A DNA stretch of 64,000 bases from Gemmatimonadales bacterium (GTDB taxonomy: Bacteria > Gemmatimonadota > Gemmatimonadetes > Gemmatimonadales > GWC2-71-9): assembly GCA_965249575.1 (NCBI GenBank), contig OZ252244.1, forward strand, positions 1,935,127-1,999,126, given 5' to 3'. Under the pieces are notes generated by a model that saw only the letters and a program-made list of their open reading frames with translations, had not been told where the DNA came from and made no database searches. Below, in pieces: positions 47,044-56,289 of this stretch (position 1 is its first letter; every line of letters starts with the position of its first letter). The position numbers and the translations under genes were made by a program.

Positions 47044-47919
47044 GTGGCACCTGCACGCCGGACCCGAATTGCCCAGCACTGGTTGCTCTTAGCGGCGACA
47101 CTGATATTGCTCTGCGGCTCGGTGAACGCGCAAGAAAGGCGGGTGGGGTTGAGAGGCGTCGTAGTGGATTCGGTCAGCGGAGATCCAGTTGCCGGGGCAA
47201 CTCTGTCGCTCAACGGTCGGCCGGCCTTGACCGAAACCCGGCGCGATGGATCGTTCGTTTTCACCGCTGTCTCCGCCCCCGGCGAGCGAATCAGCGTCAG
47301 GAAAATCGGTTACGAGCCCATGGAGGCCCCGGTGCAAGCGCCGTCGAGGGATGGTTGGATCGACGTCGGGACGATCCACATCTCGCCGATCTCCGCCGCG
47401 CTGCCGGCTGTGGTAATCAGAGGTGGAACGCGCGTGCGAGGCGAGATGGCGGGGTTCACCGGGCGTGCCGAAAGGGGTATTGGGACGTTCTTGTCGAGGG
47501 GCGACATCGAGAGGCATCGTTTTCGCCGGAGCTCCGAGATCCTCCGCACGATCCCAGGGCTGATCGTCGAATGCCGCACGGGGCAGTGTCTCGTGGGGTT
47601 CAGCCGAAACCGGCGGCCGGGCGTGCTGGACGGAACCCGCACCCGGTTCGAGACCGACGGGGGGCAGGGCTTGGGTGGGGATGCCCCGAACGAAGCGTTG
47701 TCCAGGGTGCCCAGCGGATCTGCCCCGGGGCGGATCTGCCCGGTTGCGTACTACGTGGACGGCATGCGATTCGAGGGAAACCTCGGAATTGACGAGTTTC
47801 CCCCGGAGGAGATCGAGGCGATCGAGCTGCACAAAGGGCCGGCGACCACGCCAATGAGATTTCGGTCACGCGGCTCCACGTGTGGCACAATTGTGATCTG
47901 GACACGCGCTCCGAACTGA
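47044..47919 (+). CDS. CarboxypepD_reg domain + TonB-plug-like domain outer-membrane protein (no barrel)
   Basis: GTG 47044. Signal WLLLAATLILLCGSVNAQ. GVVVDSVSGDPVAGATLSLNGRPALTETRRDGSFVF. Plug-like SEILRTIPGLIV...YYVDGMRFEG...EEIEAIELHKGPA. Confidence 0.6.
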   Translation: MAPARRTRIAQHWLLLAATLILLCGSVNAQERRVGLRGVVVDSVSGDPVAGATLSLNGRPALTETRRDGSFVFTAVSAPGERISVRKIGYEPMEAPVQAPSRDGWIDVGTIHISPISAALPAVVIRGGTRVRGEMAGFTGRAERGIGTFLSRGDIERHRFRRSSEILRTIPGLIVECRTGQCLVGFSRNRRPGVLDGTRTRFETDGGQGLGGDAPNEALSRVPSGSAPGRICPVAYYVDGMRFEGNLGIDEFPPEEIEAIELHKGPATTPMRFRSRGSTCGTIVIWTRAPN

Positions 47920-48187
47920 AACCGGGCGGCGACAGCCCCCGGGGCCGGTGGGGTGGGCGGTCGAAATCGGGCTGGCGCTGCCAGGTACGCTGTAGTAGAT
48001 GTTAGGACACGGGCGGAATCGGCTCGAAGCAGCCCGGCTGAATCAGGCCGACACCGTCCCGAAACGCGCGCAACACACGAGCCCCTGTGACGAGCGTTAC
48101 AGCACCGGGTAAAGTTATATCACATCTTTGCCGACCTTTAGTGCGGCGCCTCTATGGATGGGCGCCGGTCGCGAGCACCCGGTCGTT

Positions 48188-48203
48188 CCGGTTCGCGAAC
48201 CGG
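48188..48203. promoter_or_regulatory. Perfect 16-nt palindrome ccggttcgcgaaccgg, 20 nt upstream of ATG 48223
   Basis: Read directly from the sequence. Candidate operator for a dimeric regulator. No other evidence. Confidence 0.3.
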
Positions 48204-48222
48204 CTTCTACGGGCCGCGGGCC

Positions 48223-48576
48223 ATGGATCCCGGTAGGAAGTTTCGAGCGTGCCGGTTCTGTGGGTTCTGGCAGGAGGTGGGAAAGAAGCCAGTGCGCTTC
48301 CGGCCCGTTGCCCACGACTGCGAGGAGTGGCCTCAGTGCGCAAAGGCGCCCTATATCTGGTGGGTCGAGCCGAACGAGAAGTGGTTCAACTGCGTGTACT
48401 GTGGGAAGCGGGCACCGGTTGAGGGGTCGAATCCTTTCGCGAAGGGTGTTTTGGTAAGGGCCCCGTCCGACGATCAGGATCATCCGTGGTGGCGTGTCCC
48501 GCAGAACCGACCTTACCAATTCTACTATCGATTCTGGGAAAACTGGCCGGCTACGAAAGGTCGGGCCTACCTCTAA
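48223..48576 (+). CDS. Trp/Cys-rich zinc-ribbon-like hypothetical protein (117 aa)
   Basis: MDPGRKFRACRFCGFWQ...HDCEEWPQC...WFNCVYCGKRAP...HPWWRVPQNRPYQFYYRFWENW. Two CxxC pairs. Preceded by about 300 nt of non-coding sequence. No family recognised. Confidence 0.45.
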   Translation: MDPGRKFRACRFCGFWQEVGKKPVRFRPVAHDCEEWPQCAKAPYIWWVEPNEKWFNCVYCGKRAPVEGSNPFAKGVLVRAPSDDQDHPWWRVPQNRPYQFYYRFWENWPATKGRAYL

Positions 48577-48669
48577 AAGGCGCCGTCGCGGTTCGTCTGA
48601 GGTATTCGGCTCTCCCCCCTTCAAGCGGCACTCCGGTGCTCCCTCGCTGCTCAGTCATTCCACGCGCAA

Positions 48670-49386
48670 TCACAGGATTTCGCGTAGCATCACGGTCATC
48701 GCTCCCGCAGTGGAGACCGTGAGGACCGACGCTCGTGTGTATCCCTTGTCGAGCAATGGGGCCACCTTTCCGGACACCGCGAACCCCAGGAGCATTCCGG
48801 GGAGGAGTATCAGCCCCCACTGAAGCTCCACGCGTCCGAACAGCCCGGCACTGCGGAGTGCGGTGAGAGACATCAGAACCCCCAGTGCGAAGTACAGGCC
48901 GAGAGTGCCGCGGAGCCTCGGGCCGGCAGAATACTGATAGACCAAGGCCATCGGTGGCCCACCGATGGACGATGCAGTGCCCATGAAACCCGATACGGCG
49001 CCCACGGTGAGCAACGACCAGGTTCTTTCCGGAAACCGGAGGCCCGAGGCGCTCATGGCAATCGCCACCAGTACCAGCGACGCGAAGGCAAGCGTCATCT
49101 GTTCGCGTGGGAGGGTCGCCAAGAGCCCAACGGCTAGCAGGACCCCGGGGATCCGGCCGGCCAGGGCCAGGGTCACTCCCGCCACGTGGACGGACGCCCG
49201 GTACTTGATCGAAACGAGAATCGAGAGGAAGAGCGCAACGAACAAGAGCGGTCCCGGGACCAAACGCGGCTCGATAAGCACGAGGAGCGGCGCTGCCAGC
49301 AGCCCAAGCCCAAATCCAACCGACCCCTGGAGAGTGGCTCCGGCTGTAACGACCGCCAGGGCCATCCAAGTCTGAGCGAGCGTCAA
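48670..49386 (-). CDS. TauE/SafE (DUF81) family anion exporter
   Basis: TTG at 49384-49386 (or ATG 49363-49365). GATLQGSVGFGLGLLAAPLL and GAVSGFMGTASSIGGPPMAL are the two TauE half-repeats. 7-8 TM segments. Confidence 0.75.
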   Translation of the reverse strand: MTLAQTWMALAVVTAGATLQGSVGFGLGLLAAPLLVLIEPRLVPGPLLFVALFLSILVSIKYRASVHVAGVTLALAGRIPGVLLAVGLLATLPREQMTLAFASLVLVAIAMSASGLRFPERTWSLLTVGAVSGFMGTASSIGGPPMALVYQYSAGPRLRGTLGLYFALGVLMSLTALRSAGLFGRVELQWGLILLPGMLLGFAVSGKVAPLLDKGYTRASVLTVSTAGAMTVMLREIL

Positions 49387-49722
49387 TTCGAGGCTGTCTC
49401 CTTCTACTCGATAAACGGGAGGCCCGGCGATCCGAATGCTGAGGCACCCAAAACGCTGGTGGCGGCGGCGTAGTATAGCATCCCTGCGCGCCGATGTGTC
49501 ACTTACCGATGGGCGTGGGCCGTTGCTCTTGTCGCCGCAAGTCGGCAGATTACGGTCTTCTCGAACGCAACCGCCCCCCAAAAGACAGTGCCGTGGAGGT
49601 TTCTTCATAAATGGGCGGTGGTCGGGCCCCTCGACCGGTGCAGGCGGCTCAACGGGCGGGGGCAACGAAGCCTCGTTTAGCCATACTTGACGGTCAACGC
49701 AACGCTACCCACCAAGAAAAGG

Positions 49723-50331
49723 ATGAGTGCAATGAGCATGTTCGGAAGACTCGCGGTGAGTGTCACGACTCTGACGGTGTTCGGAGTGGTTGGGTGCGGA
49801 GGTGGCGACACCGGGGGTGGTGGAGGTGGGGCACCAGCCGGCGGAGCGCCTGCAGCCCAGCAAACCGGCGGTGGAGCGGGCCTCTCGGTTCCTGAGTGGA
49901 TGACCGTCAACGAGGGTGGCAAGACCGTGACGCTCAGGATCGAGGCAGGTTCGACCGCGGACAACAACAGCTGGAACTTCAATGGTCGCTACAACGGCGA
50001 CGCCACGGTCGTAGTACCTGAAGGGTTCGCCGTGACCATCGAGTTCAAGAACAACGATCCCGAGCTGGCGCACAGCATCGGTGTCGATAGCCGGACGGGC
50101 GGATTCCCTCCAATGTTCGACACCGCGGAGCCCTTGTTCCCAGGTGCGATTTCTTCGAACCCGATGTCGGCTACGGATGCGACTCGCCGCGGGGCCTCGG
50201 AGACGATCGAGTTCACCGCATCGACCGCGGGCGAATACTCGCTCGTGTGCTACGTTCCGGCCCACGCGCTCGCCGGTATGTGGATTGGATTCACGGTGTC
50301 GGCGGACGGCGAGGCGGGCGTTCGGATGTAA
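49723..50331 (+). CDS. Sulfocyanin-like type-1 (blue) copper lipoprotein
   Basis: Lipobox VFGVVGC followed by a poly-Gly linker. Cupredoxin ligands: His in ELAHSIGV, and C-x4-H-x4-M in LVCYVPAHALAGMW. Confidence 0.75.
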   Translation: MSAMSMFGRLAVSVTTLTVFGVVGCGGGDTGGGGGGAPAGGAPAAQQTGGGAGLSVPEWMTVNEGGKTVTLRIEAGSTADNNSWNFNGRYNGDATVVVPEGFAVTIEFKNNDPELAHSIGVDSRTGGFPPMFDTAEPLFPGAISSNPMSATDATRRGASETIEFTASTAGEYSLVCYVPAHALAGMWIGFTVSADGEAGVRM

Positions 50332-50505
50332 GGGCCTGAGGCGTTCCGGCGCGCCCGGCTCCGAATACCACGGATCGGCCGCCCGGTGTCTCGGACGGGG
50401 GAAGGACTTCATGGTTATCGAGCGGCGCTCTCCGATGGGGAGCGCTCGCGCCGGTCGCTCCGCGCAGGACAGCATTCCGGCCATTCTTCAAGAAGGAATA
50501 GTCTC

Positions 50506-51867
50506 ATGCTAGAAAGACGGTTCGCGTCACTAATTCCCATCGTGGCGCTGGTTCTTGGCGTGCTCGTAACCACTCCGGCGCTGTCCCAGTTCCCACCCGG
50601 TAGGGAGGGCAGCTCCAACCTGACGATCGTGTCGCACCTGCCGCTCGACGGCGTGGCGTTCAGCACGTCGGACATCGAGGTTGAACAAGAGTTGTCGCGC
50701 CCATTCGTCTACGTGGACAAACGGCTCATTCCGTCGGGTTTCGATGTGATCAGTATCAAGGACCCCTCGAAACCCGAGATCATCTACTCGTGGCGGATCG
50801 AAGATCCAGAGCTGCATCAGGGATCCGGGTCTCTGGCGCCGACATACCTGAAGAGCAGCGGGCGATACTACTTGTTCAATGGCTACGAGTTCAGAAGAGG
50901 CGGACCGGACGCCGACCTGGCCGCGACGGTACATGATGTCACCAGCCTGCCCGATACCTCTGGCGTCAGGCTGATCGCTCGGATACGTCTTCCCGAAGCG
51001 CCGGGCGGGTTTCATGAGACGTTCTCATACAAGCACTCGAACGGGCAGGCGTTGGTCTTCGCGGCGCCACAAATCAGCTTCGCCTACATCTACGATATCG
51101 ATCGAATCGCCGCTGGAGGCCCGGATCAGGGGCTCGTCGCAAAGATCGAGGTGCCAGAGTCCGACATGAATCGCGGCTGGCATGACTTCTATGTCGGCTA
51201 CGATCCGGCCACTCGTCAGGACAGGATGTTCGGCGCGGGCGGCAAGGGGTATTACGTATTCGACGTCAGCAACCTCCAAGAGCCTAGGCTCCTCACTTCC
51301 GTGACTGGCGCCGCTGGCGTGCCTCGAGGGCACACCTTCACGCCGACGCCGGACGGGAGGTACGCGTTCTCCATCTCCGAGCCGACCTATCAGTATGCCC
51401 CGATGCGCGTGTTCGATCTGAAGCCGGGTCTGGACGGTGAAGTGAAAAACATCAGTCGCCCCGTGGGTGCGTGGTCCCCGGACTGGCGAGGAGCCGTTCA
51501 CTACTTCGAGGTGCGCTGGCCCTACGTCTTCGTGGCTGGCCAGAGTGACGCGTTGCAAGTCATCAACGTCATGGATGCTACGAATCCCTACACGGTGGCC
51601 TACTACGACACGAAGCAAGGCCCCTACCTCCATGGTGTCGACTTCCGGACCGGGGGCAGGTCAACGAATAGCGTATACGACGGTCTGTGGGGCATCGACG
51701 TGCGTAACGCCGACGGGCTGATCGTGGTGAGTGATTTGAATACTGGGTTCTGGGCGTTTCGCATGGATGGATTCAGTGGGTGGGATGGACACGACTGGGG
51801 TATGCCAAACCAGTCGAGCGCACAGGATTGGGACAAGGGGCCGGACGGCGCCCCGAAAGTCAGTTGA
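50506..51867 (+). CDS. LVIVD-repeat beta-propeller protein, secreted
   Basis: ATG 50506. Signal IPIVALVLGVLVTTPALSQ. Repeated ...G.DV.V...PYVFVAG..., ...GLIVVSDLNTGFWAF... motifs characteristic of LVIVD repeats. Confidence 0.6.
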   Translation: MLERRFASLIPIVALVLGVLVTTPALSQFPPGREGSSNLTIVSHLPLDGVAFSTSDIEVEQELSRPFVYVDKRLIPSGFDVISIKDPSKPEIIYSWRIEDPELHQGSGSLAPTYLKSSGRYYLFNGYEFRRGGPDADLAATVHDVTSLPDTSGVRLIARIRLPEAPGGFHETFSYKHSNGQALVFAAPQISFAYIYDIDRIAAGGPDQGLVAKIEVPESDMNRGWHDFYVGYDPATRQDRMFGAGGKGYYVFDVSNLQEPRLLTSVTGAAGVPRGHTFTPTPDGRYAFSISEPTYQYAPMRVFDLKPGLDGEVKNISRPVGAWSPDWRGAVHYFEVRWPYVFVAGQSDALQVINVMDATNPYTVAYYDTKQGPYLHGVDFRTGGRSTNSVYDGLWGIDVRNADGLIVVSDLNTGFWAFRMDGFSGWDGHDWGMPNQSSAQDWDKGPDGAPKVS

Positions 51868-51872
51868 AGATT

Positions 51873-51954
51873 GTGGGGTAGACGATAGGGCTAGGGTGTA
51901 GGGAATACCGTTGGCAGCTGATAACCGAGCTCCCTACTTCCTAATCCTACCCCG
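51873..51954. repeat. Imperfect hairpin with TAGGG-type arms between convergent genes
   Basis: Left arm gtggggtagacgatagggctagggtgtagggaat (51873-51906). Right arm ctccctacttcctaatcctaccccg (51930-51954). Outer stem ggggtag/ctacccc and inner stem gtaggga/tccctac. Lies between the LVIVD stop (51867) and the proline-racemase-family stop (51986). Confidence 0.7.
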
Positions 51955-51985
51955 TATGCATGCAGTGTTTCCTTTCGTGAGTTTC

Positions 51986-53047
51986 CTAATCGCCGCCCCA
52001 GATATCACCCATCGTAAAGCCCTCTGGAAACGGGTCGGTTGGATCCAGAACGTAGTGGCTGAATCCGGTGATCCAGGCTTGTCCGCTGAGTGTGGGTACG
52101 ACGGCGGGGTACCGCCCGATGGTTGTTTCCTCGACTAGCCTGCCGGTGAATACGGTGCCGAGAACACCTTCGTGGCGAAAGTCCTGGTCGAGCGGGAGCT
52201 GTCCCTTGGCGTGCATGACGGCCATCCTTGCGCACGTCCCCGTTCCGCAGGGTGATCGGTCGATAGCGCCGGTCCACGACCCCCGTCTACTCCAGTCCAA
52301 GGTACCGGTCGATACGATCACGGCGTTCTTCGAGGCGGCGTCGGGGCTGCTAGGCGGACCAGAGAGCATCGCGATGGTGACCCCAGCGATGTCCGGATTT
52401 TCCGGATGCACAACTGGCAGCTGTTCCCTCGCTGCGGCCTTGATCATCTCGCCCACACGGACGATATCGCTCCCCTCGTCGGGCGTGAGCTCCAGTCCGA
52501 GTCGCGCGGCGTCGGCGATGACGTAGAACATCCCGCCGTAGGCGACGTCGACTTTCATTGATCCCAGATCGGGGACGTCGATAGCGGCGTCGATGTACGC
52601 CGCGAACGCCGGCACGTTCTGGAACGTGACCTGTTTGACCTTCCCGTCGGCCACTTCGGCTCGTATTGGGATGAGCCCCGCAGGCGCCTCGAGCACCAGC
52701 TCGGTGAAGGGCTCCTGCACAGGTACCATGCCGGTTTCGATGAGCACTGTAACCACGCAGATGGTGTTCGTACCGGACATGGGCGGGTACTCGACCTGCT
52801 CCATGATGACGAAGCCCGCGTGTGCCTCCGGTTTCGTGGGTGGCAGGAGGAGATTGCAATTCGACGCGGGGTATCCCCTCGGCTCTCGAAGCATACGACG
52901 GCGTAGCTCGTCACCGTGCTGTTCGAGGTAAAGCTTCTTTTCGAACATGGTGTTACCCGGTACGTCCGGTACCCCGCTTACGATGACCCGTCCCGGCTCC
53001 CCGCAGGCGTGTGCGTCGACTGCGGTGATGAGGCTGGAGAGGCGCAT
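51986..53047 (-). CDS. Proline racemase superfamily protein (hydroxyproline epimerase/dehydratase-like), Ser/Cys active-site pair
   Basis: ATG 53045-53047. VDAHACGEPGRVIV. The first catalytic motif reads EYPPMSGTNT (Ser where racemases have Cys). The second motif DRSPCGTGTCA is retained. Confidence 0.8.
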   Translation of the reverse strand: MRLSSLITAVDAHACGEPGRVIVSGVPDVPGNTMFEKKLYLEQHGDELRRRMLREPRGYPASNCNLLLPPTKPEAHAGFVIMEQVEYPPMSGTNTICVVTVLIETGMVPVQEPFTELVLEAPAGLIPIRAEVADGKVKQVTFQNVPAFAAYIDAAIDVPDLGSMKVDVAYGGMFYVIADAARLGLELTPDEGSDIVRVGEMIKAAAREQLPVVHPENPDIAGVTIAMLSGPPSSPDAASKNAVIVSTGTLDWSRRGSWTGAIDRSPCGTGTCARMAVMHAKGQLPLDQDFRHEGVLGTVFTGRLVEETTIGRYPAVVPTLSGQAWITGFSHYVLDPTDPFPEGFTMGDIWGGD

Positions 53048-53222
53048 CGGGTCTCCTGTTAACGGTTCCCGTTTCGCGGTCGCTACCAAGATAAGCGCGT
53101 GCACCGCTTGGGAGATCACGCGTTTGCCGCAGGCATCCCGGGGGGCTATTATCTCGGCGCTTTTTTCGACTGGACGTGATCGCGCGGCCGTAGCGCCGTA
53201 TCATCCACTAGCCAATCGGGAC

Positions 53223-54293
53223 ATGTCGAACGGAGACACAATGCGGGCCGTGGTGATTCACCGGCACGGCGGCCCCGAAGTACTCACTCTGGAGCCGGCG
53301 TGGCCTCGGCCCGTCCCAGGCCCCGGGGACATTGTCGTGCAAGTGAAGGCCTGCGCGCTCAACTATCTCGACATCTTCGTCCGGAACGGGATGCCAGGGG
53401 AGCCGACACCGTTACCCACGATAACCGGAGGCGACATCGCGGGTGTTGTGCACAGCGCTGGAGATGGGGTCGAATGGCCGCCAGTCGGCGAGCGGGTGGT
53501 GCTCAATCCCAACTGGGGGTGTGGCCGCTGCGAATATTGCCGGGACGGTGACACGCAACTGTGTCTCAGACCGAGAATGTTGGGGGAGATAGATCCAGGC
53601 GGGCTGGCCGAGTACGTGAAATGCCCTGCACGCCAGGCCATCTCCGTCCCGGCTGATTTCCCATTGGAGAATGCGGCGTGCCTGCCGGTCGCCTACGGTA
53701 CTGCGTGGCGGATGGTCACAGTCCACGCGGCAATCGTGCCCGACGACGTCGTGCTCGTGCTCGGCGCGGGCGGCGGTGTGGCGATGGCTGCCATTCAAAT
53801 GGCAAAACTGATGGGTGCTCGGGTGATCGCGACCGCGTCTACCGACCGGAAGCTCGAGCGCGCGAAGCAGCTCGGGGCCGACGAAGTGATCAACTACTCT
53901 GCTGATACCGACTGGGATCTGACCGTTCGAAAACTCACCCGCAAGCGCGGGGCGGACGTGATTATCGACAGCGTCGGTGCTGCGACGTGGGAGCGGAGCA
54001 TTCGCGCACTCGGAAAACGCGGGCGGCTCGTTACCTGCGGCGCGACCTCCGGTCCCATCGGCAGGACCGACATTCGCTACGTCTTCAGGAGGGAGCAGAG
54101 CATCATCGGTAGTGAAGGGTGGACACATTCGGAGCTCGTGCGCATGACGGGGCTGGCGTTTCAGGGGAAGCTCGAGTCCGTCATCGACCGGGTTCTATCC
54201 CTGGAAGAGACCGCGCAGGGCGAGTTGGCCCTCGAGCGGAGGGAGGTGTTCGGGAAAGTCATCGTCCGGCCGGAGCCGCCGGATGCTTCCTGA
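53223..54293 (+). CDS. Zinc-type alcohol dehydrogenase / quinone oxidoreductase (MDR family)
   Basis: ATG 53223. MRAVVIHRHGGPEVL, GGDIAGVV, structural-Zn Cys cluster CGRCEYCRDGDTQLC, and NAD fold LVLGAGGGVAMAAIQMAKLMGA. Confidence 0.8.
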   Translation: MSNGDTMRAVVIHRHGGPEVLTLEPAWPRPVPGPGDIVVQVKACALNYLDIFVRNGMPGEPTPLPTITGGDIAGVVHSAGDGVEWPPVGERVVLNPNWGCGRCEYCRDGDTQLCLRPRMLGEIDPGGLAEYVKCPARQAISVPADFPLENAACLPVAYGTAWRMVTVHAAIVPDDVVLVLGAGGGVAMAAIQMAKLMGARVIATASTDRKLERAKQLGADEVINYSADTDWDLTVRKLTRKRGADVIIDSVGAATWERSIRALGKRGRLVTCGATSGPIGRTDIRYVFRREQSIIGSEGWTHSELVRMTGLAFQGKLESVIDRVLSLEETAQGELALERREVFGKVIVRPEPPDAS

Positions 54294-55860
54294 GAACCTG
54301 GGACATCTCTTCGCGACCGCGTTGAAACTCTCCCCCTCCCAACCTGCGGTCTTCCAGGGAGATACGGTTCTCACCTATCGAGAGCTGGACGAGCGCTGTA
54401 ACCGCGTCGCAAACGCGCTATGCGGGCTGGGCGTGGAAACCGGAGGGCGCGTTGCCCTCATGTTCGGAAACGACTTCCGTTTTTTGGAGTGTTTCTTCGG
54501 CCCGATGCGGATGGGAGCGGTATCGGTTCCGCTCAACACGCGGCTCGGTGACGACGCACTGACGTTCATACTCGATGATGCCGAGGCGACGGTCGTCATT
54601 GCGGATGCGTCCATGGCCGCCCGAGCCGCTCGGGTGGCCGGCGGAAGGCCGGCCGTGCAGGTCGTGGTAGGCGGTCCGAACCTCCAGAACACGCTGTCAT
54701 ACGGTGAAATCCTCGAGGCGGCGTCACCCCTTCCAACGCCGCGCAAAACGGATGCGCGGGAAATCTGTATGCAGCCTTATACGTCGGGGTCAACCGGCAA
54801 GCCCAAAGGCGCGCTACTCGATCATGGCGGCCAGATCTGGAACGCCGACACGATGCGAAAGGCGATGATGCTCGATGAGACCGATCGGGCGCTCGTAGCG
54901 GTGCCGCTATTCCACAAGAACGCCATGGCGGGCGCGGTCAAGCCATTTCTCATCGCCGGAGCGTCGATCGTCATCCTCCCGGCATTCGACGCTGTGGAGG
55001 TGATTCGGGCAATCAGCCGATACAAGATCACGTATCTCACCGGCGTGCCGGCGATGTACAAAATGATACTGGCCGAGAGTGATGCGCTGCAGAAACACTC
55101 CGTCGAGTCGGTCAGATACGCCATGATCGGATCTGCTGAGGTACCCGATGAATTGGTCTCGGAATTCACGCGTGTGTTCGGCGCAGCGATGGCCGAGGGT
55201 TACGGTCTCACCGAGGGCGGTCCGGTGCCGCTGTTCAACACGCGATGGGGTTTGCAACGGCGTGGTAGCTGCGGAAGAGTGGTCCCCGGATCGGATGTCC
55301 GGATCGTAGCGGACGACGGCATCACGGACGTCGATCCTGGCGAGATCGGCGAGCTCGTCGTTCGCAATCCCGGAATGGCGCAAGGATACTGGAAGCGTCC
55401 GGCAGAGACGGGCCGCAAATTCCGCGATGGATGGCTGTTCACCGGCGACCTCTTCCGTCGCGACAGTGACGGCTATTTCTATTTCGTCGGACGAAAGGAC
55501 GACGTGATCAATGTGTCGGGTGAGAAGGTCTATCCGAAGGAAGTGGAGGACATCCTGATGCGGCACGCGAACGTTCGGGACGCGTGTGTCGTTGCGGCTC
55601 CCCACCCCGTCAAGGGCGAAGTTCCGGTCGCGTTCGTACTCGAGAAAAAGCGGGGGAGGACGACCGAAACGGAGCTCCAAGACCACTTCCTGCTGCACGG
55701 TGCCCCGTATGCCTACCCTAGGAAGTTCTACCTTCGCGAGTCGTTGCCGCTTCTGGGTACCGGCAAGCACGATCGAAGCGCGATGAAGCAGCTAGCACGG
55801 GATGATGCGGCGAGCCTCGTTCGCGAGCGCGAGCCCCGCGGGACCGGTCGTCGCGCCTGA
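54283..55860 (+). CDS. AMP-dependent acyl-CoA synthetase/ligase
   Basis: AMP-binding signature MQPYTSGSTGKPKGA, YGLTEGG, TGDLFRRDSDGYFYFVGRKDD, GEKVYPKEVE. Start overlaps the upstream stop by 11 nt. Confidence 0.85.
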   Translation: MLPENLGHLFATALKLSPSQPAVFQGDTVLTYRELDERCNRVANALCGLGVETGGRVALMFGNDFRFLECFFGPMRMGAVSVPLNTRLGDDALTFILDDAEATVVIADASMAARAARVAGGRPAVQVVVGGPNLQNTLSYGEILEAASPLPTPRKTDAREICMQPYTSGSTGKPKGALLDHGGQIWNADTMRKAMMLDETDRALVAVPLFHKNAMAGAVKPFLIAGASIVILPAFDAVEVIRAISRYKITYLTGVPAMYKMILAESDALQKHSVESVRYAMIGSAEVPDELVSEFTRVFGAAMAEGYGLTEGGPVPLFNTRWGLQRRGSCGRVVPGSDVRIVADDGITDVDPGEIGELVVRNPGMAQGYWKRPAETGRKFRDGWLFTGDLFRRDSDGYFYFVGRKDDVINVSGEKVYPKEVEDILMRHANVRDACVVAAPHPVKGEVPVAFVLEKKRGRTTETELQDHFLLHGAPYAYPRKFYLRESLPLLGTGKHDRSAMKQLARDDAASLVREREPRGTGRRA

Positions 55861-56273
55861 TGGGAGGCCGTATTCCCCGCGAGGGCCTTCGCGCGCTGTT
55901 GGAGGCCGCTCCCTACCACGCGTTCCTGCGAGTGAAGCTGACGTCCGTCGAGAAGGGTCGCGTGAGCGTCACATTGCCGTTCCGCGAAGAGTTTCTTGGA
56001 GACCCGGAGGGGCCGTTCCTCCACGGCGGCATCATTGCGGCGCTGCTCGACATCGCCGCGTGTTTCGCCATCATATCCGAGCTGGAGCGCGACGTACCGA
56101 CCGTGGATCTTCGCGTCGACTATCTACGCCCAGCCGGCAGCGTCGACATCACTGCAGAGGGAAGCGTCGTGAGAGTTGGGCGGTCACTCGGCGTGGCCGA
56201 TGCAAAAGCCATCGACGCGAATGGCCGGCTCATTGCCGTCGGCCGTGGCCAGTTCAATACGGTGAAAGCATGA
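55860..56273 (+). CDS. PaaI/hotdog-fold thioesterase
   Basis: ATG overlaps the ligase stop. HGGIIAALLDIAACFA and the VDLRVDYLRPA pattern of PaaI-type thioesterases. Confidence 0.75.
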   Translation: MGGRIPREGLRALLEAAPYHAFLRVKLTSVEKGRVSVTLPFREEFLGDPEGPFLHGGIIAALLDIAACFAIISELERDVPTVDLRVDYLRPAGSVDITAEGSVVRVGRSLGVADAKAIDANGRLIAVGRGQFNTVKA

Positions 56274-56289
56274 CGGTCAGCGAGGTCCG

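Noticed and set aside
53223-56273. ADH / acyl-CoA ligase / PaaI thioesterase operon as something unusual
   Set aside because: An ordinary, tightly coupled catabolic operon with canonical motifs. Nothing beyond standard annotation.
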